Source: Saccharofermentanales bacterium (lineage in GTDB: Bacteria; Bacillota; Clostridia; Saccharofermentanales; DTU023). From it: DNA of 64,000 nucleotides. Position numbers and translations under genes: made by a program. Shown here piece after piece: positions 8,980 to 18,134 of the stretch (position 1 is the first letter of the stretch; each line of letters begins with the position of its first letter). The stretch is from NCBI GenBank assembly GCA_050945495.1, contig JBMNTA010000001.1, positions 61,075 through 125,074 on the forward strand. Direction: 5' to 3'. Under the pieces are notes generated by a model. That model made no database searches and had not been told where the DNA came from. It saw only the letters and a program-made list of their open reading frames with translations.

Positions 8980-9711
8980 TTATTCCGTCGTCAGATGAAT
9001 CTTCTCCGTCACCCAACGCGTCAATTCATCGAGCATCGCCAGGGTCGGCATCTCGTTCATGAAAACGTGCGGCGGGAAGATGGCTCGAATCTGGTCTTCC
9101 GTCATGTCGGACATCTCTTCGAGCTCCTTGACGTACGCGGCGTATCCCGCCAGATCATAGACTTGGCCTTGGCGTCGATAGTATTCCTTCGCGAGGACGC
9201 GGAAGAGAAAGTCGGTCCGTCCCATGGTGAGGACGTGTTGGCGCACCTGTCCTTCATCGAGCGTCGGCACCCCGAGTTGACGGCGACCCAGTTCTTCCAC
9301 GGAGATCTCGATCTCTTCGGCTTGTTTTTCGAAGGCTTCCAGCGTCTCTTGACCGGCGGCCGAGGCTTCTTCGTCGTTGATTTCGAACGTGCTGCGCTCC
9401 ACCAGTTGCGGGATCAGAACGTGCATCACGATGACGTTTGCCTGCTCCGAAACGATCACTTGGGGCACTTCGCGCTCCAGCGCCGCCCGATACTGTTCCA
9501 CGGTTTCGACGCCGGGCAGCTCTTCCGCCTTGACCATGTCGTCGGTGAGGATCGGCGATTGGCCGTTCGGCAATTCGATTTTGCTGTGCTTTTGCGCCAG
9601 CATCTCACACTGCGTTTCGATGAATCCTCGGAGGTCGATCTTCAGATCCACCAGGGGCTCCGGAATATCAATGTTTTTGTAGTCGTAAATAAAGGTGACT
9701 TTGGTTTCCAT
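8980..9711 (-). CDS. Hypothetical protein, acidic and helical (possibly like the trigger-factor C-terminal domain)
   Basis: 243 aa from ATG 9711 (METKVTFIYDYKNIDIPEPLVDLKIDLRG...). The alternative ATG at 9732 overlaps maf. No motif recognised with confidence. Confidence 0.6.
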   Translation of the reverse strand: METKVTFIYDYKNIDIPEPLVDLKIDLRGFIETQCEMLAQKHSKIELPNGQSPILTDDMVKAEELPGVETVEQYRAALEREVPQVIVSEQANVIVMHVLIPQLVERSTFEINDEEASAAGQETLEAFEKQAEEIEISVEELGRRQLGVPTLDEGQVRQHVLTMGRTDFLFRVLAKEYYRRQGQVYDLAGYAAYVKELEEMSDMTEDQIRAIFPPHVFMNEMPTLAMLDELTRWVTEKIHLTTE

Positions 9712-9715
9712 GGTT

Positions 9716-10360
9716 CTACCCTTTCTGTTCACTCGATGTGTTCATTGTACAGGACGTTCCCTCGACCCCTTCGATGTCGTAGGCTTGCAGGCGCGCATAC
9801 ACTTCCGCGATCGGCAAGCCCATGACGGCAAAAAAGTCGCCGTCGATGTGTTCGATGAGGAGTCCGCCGAGTTCTTGGATCCCGTAAGCCCCGGCTTTGT
9901 CGAGCGGATCGCCGGTGGCGACGTAACGATCGATGAGCCGATCGAGCGCCGGGGTGCGCGGACGAAACGTGACGCGCGACACGCTTGAAAAAACATCGGA
10001 GCGATCGGGGGCCACGATGGCGACGCCCGTGTCGACGATGTGCGTGTTGCCGGCGAGCGTTCGAAGCATGCGCCGTGCGTCGTCCGGATCGACAGGCTTG
10101 CCGTACACGACTCCGTCGAGCGTGACGACGGTGTCGGCGGCCAGAATGACGTGGTTCGGATGGCGCCGAGCGACCGTCATGGCCTTGGCGAGCGCCAGTT
10201 GCTCGACCATCGATCGATCGTCGAGGTCGGGCGTCTGTTCGCGCATGTGTTCCACCACGCGCGCTTCGTCGCAATCCGCGGGCCGGACGTCAAACGGAAT
10301 CCCCGCCATCCGCAGCAAATCACGTCGTCGGGGCGATTGGCTGGCCAAGATCAATCGCAT
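9716..10360 (-). CDS. maf: Maf-like nucleoside triphosphate pyrophosphatase
   Basis: MRLILASQSPRRRDLL...ILAADTVV...GKP...AGAYGIQE are Maf hallmarks. The start overlaps the DUF1847 stop by 10 nt. Confidence 0.88.
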   Translation of the reverse strand: MRLILASQSPRRRDLLRMAGIPFDVRPADCDEARVVEHMREQTPDLDDRSMVEQLALAKAMTVARRHPNHVILAADTVVTLDGVVYGKPVDPDDARRMLRTLAGNTHIVDTGVAIVAPDRSDVFSSVSRVTFRPRTPALDRLIDRYVATGDPLDKAGAYGIQELGGLLIEHIDGDFFAVMGLPIAEVYARLQAYDIEGVEGTSCTMNTSSEQKG

Positions 10361-11010
10361 CGTTCGTCCCCGTCGTCGTTCGGCATGACGGCGTCAAAGG
10401 CGGCCTTCATGTATCCCGAATCGGCCAAGTAGAGCGCGGCCGCGGGATTGTGACCGAGCCGACGATCTTTCGCAATCAAAGTCGTCACGGGCGCTTCGCT
10501 GTATTTGTAAAACAGACTGTCGTGGCCGACGCACAGGCCGATCACGACGTTGAAGTCCGTTTTTTCGCGGTTCAAACGGAGCGCCTGCGCGACGGGATTG
10601 CAAATCACTTCCACCGTGTGCGGCCGAACTTTGTCGGCGTCGGTGAGCCCGAGGGCTTCCTTCTCGATCCCCCCGCTCTTGCACATCGCGGAGACGGTCT
10701 CGAAGCCCGCTTTTTCCAAGAGTCCTTGGAAGATGGCGGCTTCGTTTCGAAGTCCCGTGCAATAGGCCAAACCGATTTTTTTGTAGCCCATGTCTCGGCA
10801 AAAGGCGATGACCTCGACCACTCGCGGATGCACGCCGTAGCCGCGCGCTTCGTTGCGGCTGCTCGCCTGAAAGAACGCGAGGTTGTCGTCCTGTTTCAAT
10901 ATCTCCAAAGCTTCATCGTAGAGCTCCCGATCTTCCATCATCGGGCAGCCGGGGAATCCGTCCCGTTGTCCCTGTCGACAAAGCATCGCTTGGCAGTCCA
11001 CACAATCCAT
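10351..11010 (-). CDS. DUF1847-family Cys-rich metal-binding protein
   Basis: 219 aa from ATG 11010 (MDCVDCQAMLCRQGQ...GLCVGHDSLFYKYS). AAGGAGG lies 8 nt upstream. Confidence 0.75.
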   Translation of the reverse strand: MDCVDCQAMLCRQGQRDGFPGCPMMEDRELYDEALEILKQDDNLAFFQASSRNEARGYGVHPRVVEVIAFCRDMGYKKIGLAYCTGLRNEAAIFQGLLEKAGFETVSAMCKSGGIEKEALGLTDADKVRPHTVEVICNPVAQALRLNREKTDFNVVIGLCVGHDSLFYKYSEAPVTTLIAKDRRLGHNPAAALYLADSGYMKAAFDAVMPNDDGDERCD

Positions 11011-11165
11011 GCCATGAACCTCCTTTGACGGCTTCACTATATCACGGGCGACGTGAAACGTCCTCGATCAAGGTGCTCACAAGCGTGCGCGTCGCTTAAC
11101 AAAAGCTTCACGATGTTTTGGTATGATGACGGCACTTACACGATGTTATTTTTGAGGAGTGTGAC

Positions 11166-13118
11166 ATGAAAGATTTAAAGTACCTCACCTTGTTGGCCAA
11201 CCAATTCCCCACGGCCCGAGCGGCACGCGCGGAGATCATCCGCTTGCGTTCCATCAGCGAATTGCCGAAAGGCACCGAATACTTTTTCAGCGACCTGCAT
11301 GGCGAAGACACGGGATTCATCCATCTTGTCCGGAGCGCCTCCGGCAACATTCGAAAAAAGATTTCGGAATTGTACCGTTACGAACTGACGCAAGACGAGC
11401 AAAACCAATTGGCCAACCTCGTCTACGACCCCAAACGCGTGCTGGCCATCCTGCACGATACGGGGCGCATCACGCCCGACTGGCTCGCGATCACGCTGTA
11501 TCGGCTGGTCAACCTATGCAAATACATCAGCGTCAAGTATTCCTGGCGCGAGATCTCATCGCACATCCCACGGGATTACTACGACGTCATCACGGAACTC
11601 TTGTTCTCGTCGTACGAGGACAGCAAGCGCGACTATCTGAACTCCATCATTCAGTTCATCATCGAGGAAGAGGCGGCGCCCGCCTTCATCGAGGCCTTGT
11701 GCGAAATCGTGTGGACCGTTTCCGTCAATACGCTGCACATCATCGGCGACATCTACGATCGCGGTCCCGGGCCGCACCGCATCATGGAAGAATTGATGGA
11801 ATTCCCGAACGTCGACATCCAATGGGGCAACCACGACATCGTCTGGATGGGCGCGGCGGCCGGCAACCTCGCGTGCATCGCGCACGTCATCCGCATCGGC
11901 ATCAACTACAGTTCGTTTGATTTTCTGGAAGACGGCTACGGCATCAACTTGCGCCCGCTGTCGTCCATGGCGGCATCCGTGTACGCCGACGATCCGTGCG
12001 AGCGCTTCAAGATCCATCATTACGATGCGTCGGAATTCGATTTCATCGACGACCGCCAAGCGGCTCGCATGATGAAGGCGATCACGATCATGCAATTCAA
12101 GTTGGAAGGTCAGCTGATCGAACGCAACCCCGACTGGGGCATGGACGATCGAAACGTGCTCCGCAACATCGATTTCGAGCGCGGCGTCTATCGCTTCAAC
12201 GGCGTGGACCATCCGCTGCTCGACACACGCTTCCCGACCGTCGATCCCGAGGACCCTCTGAAACTCACGGACGACGAAGCTGATGTGCTCCACAACTTAC
12301 ACATGTCGTTCGTTCACAGCGAACCGCTGCACCGTCACATCCGCTTTCTCTACGCCAAGGGCAGCACGTACAAATCAATCAATAAAAATCTCTTGTTCCA
12401 CGGCTGCATTCCCTTGAAAGATGACGGATCGTTTCAATCCATCTCGATCCGCGGACGTCAATATTACGGACGCGAACTCCTGGATCAGTTGAACATCCTC
12501 ATCCACGACGCCTACTTCCAACCGCCCGAAAGCGCGCTGCAGAAGAAAGCCGCCGACTACATGTGGTACCTGTGGTGCGGCCCCGACTCGCCGATGTTCG
12601 GCAAGAGCAAGATGGCGACCTTCGAACGCCTCTTCACCGACGACAGCGAATTGCACCGCGAAATGTACAACCCCTACTACCAATACATCGTGCACGAAGA
12701 CACGTGCAAAATGATTCTGGAAAATTTCGGCATGGATCCCGAGCGTTCGCGCATCATCAACGGGCACGTGCCCGTGAAGATCAAAGACGGCGAACGCCCC
12801 GTCAAAGCGAACGGCAAGCTGTTCGTCATCGACGGCGGGCTGGCGAAGGCGTATCAGCAGAAGACGGGCATCAACGGCTACACCTTATTCTTCAACTCGC
12901 ACCACCTGGCCTTGGCCGAGCACCACGACTTCGAACGCATCGAGAGCGACATGGGCAGTTACACGCCGATGATCAACATCGTCGAAGCGATGCCGGGACG
13001 CCTGCATGTGAAGAACATCGACGCGGGACGCGCGATCGATGAGCGCATCGAAGATCTGCGCGACCTCATCGATGCGTTTCGCTTGGGGAAAATCAAAGAA
13101 CAATCCGAAAGCAATTAA
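11166..13118 (+). CDS. fbp: Fructose-1,6-bisphosphatase class 3
   Basis: 650 aa. MKDLKYLTLLANQFPT...ELPKGTEYFFSDLHGE...HIIGDIYDRGP...QWGNHD. Metallophosphatase motifs typical of YydE-type FBPase. Confidence 0.92.
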   Translation: MKDLKYLTLLANQFPTARAARAEIIRLRSISELPKGTEYFFSDLHGEDTGFIHLVRSASGNIRKKISELYRYELTQDEQNQLANLVYDPKRVLAILHDTGRITPDWLAITLYRLVNLCKYISVKYSWREISSHIPRDYYDVITELLFSSYEDSKRDYLNSIIQFIIEEEAAPAFIEALCEIVWTVSVNTLHIIGDIYDRGPGPHRIMEELMEFPNVDIQWGNHDIVWMGAAAGNLACIAHVIRIGINYSSFDFLEDGYGINLRPLSSMAASVYADDPCERFKIHHYDASEFDFIDDRQAARMMKAITIMQFKLEGQLIERNPDWGMDDRNVLRNIDFERGVYRFNGVDHPLLDTRFPTVDPEDPLKLTDDEADVLHNLHMSFVHSEPLHRHIRFLYAKGSTYKSINKNLLFHGCIPLKDDGSFQSISIRGRQYYGRELLDQLNILIHDAYFQPPESALQKKAADYMWYLWCGPDSPMFGKSKMATFERLFTDDSELHREMYNPYYQYIVHEDTCKMILENFGMDPERSRIINGHVPVKIKDGERPVKANGKLFVIDGGLAKAYQQKTGINGYTLFFNSHHLALAEHHDFERIESDMGSYTPMINIVEAMPGRLHVKNIDAGRAIDERIEDLRDLIDAFRLGKIKEQSESN

Positions 13119-14533
13119 TCGAAGGATCCATCGAGCGACACGACGTTCGCTTGCAGCCGGTCAATCAACGTCAAATCATGCGAGGCGATGACGACCGGCT
13201 TTGTTTTGGCCACGTCGGCCACGAATCGGACGGCCAAGCCGACGCGTTCATCGTCGAGCTCGCGGAACGCCTCATCCAAAAATAAAATGCCGGACGCGGG
13301 CGCCGCGCCGCGAGCGAGCGCCAGGCGGCGCTTCTCCCCGCCCGAAAGCGTACGAGCCGCCTGATCCTTGACGTGCGAGAGATCGAGCGCCGCGAGCAGC
13401 GCATCGGCACGGGCGCCGTCGTGATCGGGCAGCACGAGGCGGATGTTGTCGCGGGCCGTCAGTTGGGGGAAAAGACGATTTTCCTGGAAGACGAGCATCG
13501 GCCGATCGGGCACGCCCTCGATACGGCCGGCATCGGGGGCTTCAAGCCCCATCATGATGCGCATGAGCGTCGTCTTGCCGGATCCCGACGCCCCGATCAA
13601 CATGAGCGGACGATCGAGCGGCAACGTCGCCGAAAAGTCATCGAAGATCACGGCATCGCCGAAGCGCTTGTCGAGGTGACGGACCTCGATGGGCGCCGGG
13701 GACGTTGGGGGGGCGGTCACGGACGTCGACGTCTCGGGCGGGTCGGCCGACGGGTGCGACCAAAATTCGCCGGGCAAGCGCTCTCCGAAACGGACGAGCC
13801 AGGCGCGGCTCAAGCGGACAATGATTTGTTCCGAGACATACGACAGCAAGACCACCGCCAAGGTCCACGCGAGCAGGCGCTCCATGTCAAGGTAGAGTTT
13901 CGCGTCGTACATGTGACGGCCGACCGTCTGCTTCGCAAACGTGATCACCTCGGCGGCGACGCCGGCCTTCCACGCCATTCCGATCGCGACCGACAGCGCC
14001 GCGAGGAACGACTCGCGCACGCTCGGGATCACGATGTAGCGTACGATATTTCGTTTCTTCAAGCGAAAGACGTCGCCCATTTCCAGCATGGATCGGTCGA
14101 CGTTCAGGATGCCGGAGAGTAGCTGACCGTAGACCATCGGAAACACGACCAGACCGCAAATGAACGGGGTGAGCCGCGCATCCGAAAGAAAGAACAGAGC
14201 GATCAGGATGAACGAGACGATCGGCACCGACTTGATGACGAGGACGATCGGGGCAAGCATCCCGCGCAACGGGCGCCACTTCGCCGCAAGCCACGCGAAC
14301 ACGACGGCAAACACGGTCGCACGCAGCACGCTCAACAAGATGCGCCCGGTGGATGTGCCGACCGATTGCCAGCTTTCGGCCACGACCAATCCTCGGGCAA
14401 ACGTTTTCAGAACGGCCCACGGCGACGGCAGGATGAACCCCGTGCCGCCGAAGGAGGCGAGGAGCTGCCACACAATGAGGAGCAGCGCCACGCCTCCGAT
14501 GGCATAGAGCGTATTTTGGCGCTTAGTCGGCAC
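13115..14533 (-). CDS. ABC importer, fused permease (NitT/TauT type) and ATP-binding domain
   Basis: 472 aa. N-terminal half is six-TM permease-like. A P/T/S linker (PPETSTSVTAPPTSPAP) follows. C-terminal half has Walker A GASGSGKTTL, signature LSGGEKRRL, Walker B ILFLDEAF and H-loop ASHD. Confidence 0.85.
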   Translation of the reverse strand: MPTKRQNTLYAIGGVALLLIVWQLLASFGGTGFILPSPWAVLKTFARGLVVAESWQSVGTSTGRILLSVLRATVFAVVFAWLAAKWRPLRGMLAPIVLVIKSVPIVSFILIALFFLSDARLTPFICGLVVFPMVYGQLLSGILNVDRSMLEMGDVFRLKKRNIVRYIVIPSVRESFLAALSVAIGMAWKAGVAAEVITFAKQTVGRHMYDAKLYLDMERLLAWTLAVVLLSYVSEQIIVRLSRAWLVRFGERLPGEFWSHPSADPPETSTSVTAPPTSPAPIEVRHLDKRFGDAVIFDDFSATLPLDRPLMLIGASGSGKTTLMRIMMGLEAPDAGRIEGVPDRPMLVFQENRLFPQLTARDNIRLVLPDHDGARADALLAALDLSHVKDQAARTLSGGEKRRLALARGAAPASGILFLDEAFRELDDERVGLAVRFVADVAKTKPVVIASHDLTLIDRLQANVVSLDGSFD

Positions 14534-15614
14534 CGTAGTAGAACTCGGGTCCCGGCAGCTGACCGCCGATCGACTGCGGGTTGGCGTCGAACATGAGGCG
14601 GAGGAAGCCCTCCAACATGGTCTTCATCGCTTGGCCGTCGGCAAAGCGAATGCTGCAGTAAGGGATCGCCTCTTTGGCAATGGCCGCTTTGAAAATGCCC
14701 AAGGCTTCAATGAGCTCGGCCGCTTCTTCCGGCTGGTCGTTCGCAAAGGCGATGGACGCTTCGTAACGCTCCAAGAAGGCATCCATCATCTCGGGATATG
14801 CCTCGACGAGCGATTTCTGCGCCACGAGCACGCCCATGACAAAGCCCGCGTCTTCCACGAGCGATTCCCACACCGTGTTCAGGTCGATCGCGACGCGCAG
14901 GTCTTCGACCTTCTTTTGCGTCACGGTCACAAACGGTTGCGGCAACAACGCGATGGCGCCGTCGTGCGCGACGAGGCTCTGCACCACGGCGCTGTGTTCG
15001 GCTTCCCAGATGATCTCCACGTCATGATCGGGATCGATGCCGCTCTTTTCCAAGAGCAAATGGAACGCATATTCGGGCACGGCCCCTTGGCCGGACGCGT
15101 AGATCGTCTTACCCTTCAGATCTTCGAGCGAATGAATCGTATCGCCGCGCTCGACGATGTTGAGAATGCCGAGCGTGTTGATCGCGACGGTCACCACTTG
15201 GCCGTCCGTCTTGTTGTACAGGGTCGATGCCAAGTTGGCGGGCACGGCCGCGAGGTCGCACTCCCCTTTGACAATCTTCGGCACGAGCTCATTCGGCGAA
15301 CCGAACAGCTCGAAATCCACACGGATGTCCGCGTCGTCTTGCTGTGCCTTCGTGATCAATTCGGCAAGCCCCATGCTGGTCGGGCCCTTCAAACCCGCAA
15401 GCTTGATCGGTCGATCCGGCACCTTGAGCTCGGTCGGCGGCTCGGTCGGGGGCACGGTCGTTTCCGGCGGCACCGTGACGTCCGGTGCCTCGGTCACGTC
15501 GGAGGCATCCGTCTTGACGGGATTCGTGGGGGTCGGGGCGGGCGCCGGTGCGCATGCCACCGTCAACATGGCGGCGACGAGCAGCACGGCCATCGTTGCA
15601 AATAACTTTTTCAT
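14523..15614 (-). CDS. ABC transporter substrate-binding protein (NMT1/THI5-like, NitT/TauT family), probable lipoprotein
   Basis: 363 aa from ATG 15614 (MKKLFATMAVLLVAAMLTVAC...). AAAGGAG RBS. The tracked 504-aa ORF has a 141-aa basic N-terminal extension across the intergenic region, which I rejected. Confidence 0.8.
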   Translation of the reverse strand: MKKLFATMAVLLVAAMLTVACAPAPAPTPTNPVKTDASDVTEAPDVTVPPETTVPPTEPPTELKVPDRPIKLAGLKGPTSMGLAELITKAQQDDADIRVDFELFGSPNELVPKIVKGECDLAAVPANLASTLYNKTDGQVVTVAINTLGILNIVERGDTIHSLEDLKGKTIYASGQGAVPEYAFHLLLEKSGIDPDHDVEIIWEAEHSAVVQSLVAHDGAIALLPQPFVTVTQKKVEDLRVAIDLNTVWESLVEDAGFVMGVLVAQKSLVEAYPEMMDAFLERYEASIAFANDQPEEAAELIEALGIFKAAIAKEAIPYCSIRFADGQAMKTMLEGFLRLMFDANPQSIGGQLPGPEFYYGAD

Positions 15615-15878
15615 CGTTGACTCCTTTGTATGTCGAGCGAAAGCGCCATCGCTTCCGTTCCTTGTTTCATCGGTGTTTGAGGACGGTTTGCCCTGCCAAA
15701 CACCCGCATGACCAAGATACCCTTGCACATGCGTCTTGGCAAACATTTCCATCCCGCGGTGACGCTGGTCACGCATGCCGTAATTCCCGCGATTGGCCTC
15801 TGAAAAACATGGATCGCCCCCGCCAAAAATGATAGGATGGGGGCGCGCCGACGTACGGGGCGCGGGGAGGTTATTCGA

Positions 15879-16868
15879 ATGAATCGAACAGAGATGCATC
15901 GCCTGATCGGAGTGGCGATCGTCATCGTATTGGTGGCCTTGGCCATCGTGATTCCGATGCGACGTCAACACCGCAACATCGGCACGCCGGATGTGGGCGT
16001 GCCCACCCAACCGTCGAGTCGGGCGGCCGTGCATCACGGCGCCGACGCTCCGCCGCCCTTAACCCCGCCGATCCTCACCACGGCGATCTTCACCACGACA
16101 ACGACCCGCCCGTCGCCAACGACGACCGTCGCACCGACCACGTCGGAACCGACGACCCCGTCGCCCACAACGACCACGACGACCACGACCACGACCACGA
16201 CATCCGTCACCGCAAGCAAGGTCCGTGCGGAAACGTATTCCACCCGCCCGATCCAATCCAAACGCGTGGCCATCACGTTCGATGACGGCCCATCGAAGCA
16301 TACGCCGCGTCTCTTGGACGCCCTCAAACAGTACAACGCCAAGGCGACCTTTTTCGTCCAAGGATGTTTCGTGAAAGAGCGCGGCGCCATTGTGGCGCGG
16401 ATGGCCCAAGAAGGCCATCAAGTCGGCAACCACGCCTACTCCCACCCGAACCTCTGCAAAGTCAGCGCAGAAGAATTGACCTATCAGCTGGAGCACACCA
16501 ACGCCCTGATCGAAGCACAGACGGGCAAAAAGGTGACCGTCATGCGGCCGCCGGGCGGCGCATGCAATCAGGCGGTCCTCGCCGAAGCGAAACGCCTGGG
16601 CATGGCGGTCGTGATCTGGGACTTGGATTCCAACGATTGGCGAAAAAACAACCGCAATCCCGATTATGTCTGCAATTACATTTTGAAACATGCGGGCAAC
16701 GATCAGGTGATGTTGCTCCACGATCTCCACAAGACGACGGTGGACGGCTTCCTCCGCGCGCTGCCGATCCTGGCGGAGCAAGGGTTTGAATTCGTCACGC
16801 TGGACGAACTCTATGACTTGCCGGCCGGCGCGGTGTACCCGGCATGGTTTGTGCGGTACATTAAATAA
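15879..16868 (+). CDS. Membrane-anchored polysaccharide deacetylase (NodB/CE4) with Pro/Thr-rich stalk
   Basis: 329 aa from ATG 15879 (MNRTEMHRLIGVAIVIVLVALAIV). GGGGAGG RBS. NodB motifs are ITFDDGP, GHQVGNHAYSHP and MRPPGG. Confidence 0.88.
   Translation: MNRTEMHRLIGVAIVIVLVALAIVIPMRRQHRNIGTPDVGVPTQPSSRAAVHHGADAPPPLTPPILTTAIFTTTTTRPSPTTTVAPTTSEPTTPSPTTTTTTTTTTTTSVTASKVRAETYSTRPIQSKRVAITFDDGPSKHTPRLLDALKQYNAKATFFVQGCFVKERGAIVARMAQEGHQVGNHAYSHPNLCKVSAEELTYQLEHTNALIEAQTGKKVTVMRPPGGACNQAVLAEAKRLGMAVVIWDLDSNDWRKNNRNPDYVCNYILKHAGNDQVMLLHDLHKTTVDGFLRALPILAEQGFEFVTLDELYDLPAGAVYPAWFVRYIK
16167..16202 (+). repeat. Run of 12 consecutive Thr codons (ACN)12 within a roughly 150-bp Pro/Thr-rich low-complexity segment
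   Basis: acaacgaccacgacgaccacgaccacgaccacgaca, in frame with the deacetylase. The broader PT-rich segment spans about 16060-16215. Confidence 0.9.
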
Positions 16869-17009
16869 AACACATACGGTACATACCGCACGTTTTAAAA
16901 ATAGAGTATACTTCCTACATCGGTGGCGGTCCCGATGGAATACGGCGCCCCCATGAGCGCACATGTGTCGTCGGCGCTTTGACCGAAAGCGTATAAGGAG
17001 GATCATCCC

Positions 17010-18056
17010 ATGCATATCAGCCGAGCCCTGCCCTTCGTTCGCGACTGCTGGCGAGCATCCAGAAAAGAGACCAAACGCTCGGATCGTTCTCGTCTAAACA
17101 TTTTTTTTGACATGCTGTCCTGCAAACTGAAGTACCGCGCGATCATCACCGACTACATCCTCTTTAATTTTTTGGAATTGACGGACAAAGCGATTCGCGA
17201 CGAATACATCTTCGCGCCGGATTGGGAGCACATCGTCCATAATTTAAATCCGCCGAACGACACCCCCGATTTTCTGTCGGATAAAGTGGTGGCCTACAAG
17301 CGCTACAAAGATTACTTCCATCGCGACGTGTTGATCGTCGAAGAAGCTTCCGACGACGACATGCGGACGTTTTTCAAAAACAATCCCGTGTTTTTCGGCA
17401 AACGCTCGTGGAGCTATTCGGGGTACGACGTCGTCAAGATGCGCGTGGAAGATCAGCCCGTCGCGGCCCTGATCCGGCGCGTGCGCAATGAGAAGTTCGA
17501 TCTTTTGGAAGCGGAAATCGTGCAACACCCGAAGATGGACACCATCTGCCCCACGGCCTGTCACTCGATTCGTGTCACGACGTTCAAGCGCGGCGACAAG
17601 ATGCTCATCATGCCGGTCACGGCTCGCGTCGCCCTGTTTGACGACATCGATCGCATCACGACCGGACAGTCCGTCGGCTCGATTTGCGTGGACGAAAACG
17701 GATATCTGGTGTCGGACGCCATCATCAACGACACCGTCTTTGACTACGATGAACCGACGCATTTCGCGGTCCATCCGTTGACCGGCGTGCCGATCAGCGA
17801 CGGATCCTTTCAACTGCCGGATTATCAGGCCATGATGGACATGGTGACGGAACTCGTCGAAAACGAAGACGAGTACGGCCACATCGGCTGGGACATCGCG
17901 CTCGCCGAATCCGGCCCGTGCGTGATTGAAGCCAATCCCTGGGGGATATACGAATTCTACGAGTACTACGACCATGTAAAGCGTCTGCCGAAGCGCATTC
18001 GTCCCATGTTGGAAGACTTTTTCGAATGCAAATTGGAAGACTTGCCCATCCGATGA
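17010..18056 (+). CDS. ATP-grasp family protein, sugar-transfer-associated/TupA-like type (paralog A)
   Basis: 348 aa. AAGGAGG RBS. The C-terminal GHIGWDIALAESGPCVIEANPWG resembles the ATP-grasp C-domain. The N-terminal LPFVRDCWRA...YILFNF and the overall layout match what I recall of the ATPgrasp_ST/TupA families. Confidence 0.65.
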   Translation: MHISRALPFVRDCWRASRKETKRSDRSRLNIFFDMLSCKLKYRAIITDYILFNFLELTDKAIRDEYIFAPDWEHIVHNLNPPNDTPDFLSDKVVAYKRYKDYFHRDVLIVEEASDDDMRTFFKNNPVFFGKRSWSYSGYDVVKMRVEDQPVAALIRRVRNEKFDLLEAEIVQHPKMDTICPTACHSIRVTTFKRGDKMLIMPVTARVALFDDIDRITTGQSVGSICVDENGYLVSDAIINDTVFDYDEPTHFAVHPLTGVPISDGSFQLPDYQAMMDMVTELVENEDEYGHIGWDIALAESGPCVIEANPWGIYEFYEYYDHVKRLPKRIRPMLEDFFECKLEDLPIR

Positions 18057-18075
18057 TCCGCGACATGCCCAAACC

Positions 18076-18114
18076 AAAGGGGTCGGTTCGCAGGCATGGA
18101 ACCGCCCCCTTTTT
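18076..18114. terminator. Bidirectional terminator between the convergent ATP-grasp paralogs
   Basis: AAA-GGGGTCGGTTC-gcaggcatg-GAACCGCCCC-CTTTTT. Confidence 0.8.
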
Positions 18115-18134
18115 CATGCCTTGATCGCGGTCGA

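Noticed and set aside
15615-15836. TPP (THI-box) or guanidine-I (ykkC) riboswitch upstream of the NitT/TauT-type transporter
   Set aside because: The conserved cores are absent (CUGAGA...ACCUGAUCUGGAUAAUGCCAGCG for TPP; GGUCCGAGAG and ACGGCGGGA for ykkC). I kept the region only as an unassigned structured leader.
15615-16037. 141-aa N-terminal extension of the tracked 504-aa ORF for the ABC binding protein
   Set aside because: The extension is basic, non-signal-like sequence crossing the divergent promoter and overlapping the deacetylase gene. A canonical AAAGGAG-ATG followed by a signal peptide (MKKLFATMAVLL...) begins at 15614.
16060-16215. Repetitive ACG/ACC tract, considered as a possible CRISPR array, VNTR or mobile-element remnant
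   Set aside because: It is in frame within the deacetylase gene and encodes a Pro/Thr-rich stalk. There is no spacer-repeat organisation.
16935-16982. 15-codon ORF (MEYGAPMSAHVSSAL) between the deacetylase and ATP-grasp A, considered as a RiPP or leader peptide for the ATP-grasp enzymes
   Set aside because: It has no convincing RBS. It is too short, with no repeated Thr/Ser-Asp/Glu pattern expected of graspetide precursors. The ATP-grasp genes are not of the RimK/graspetide type.
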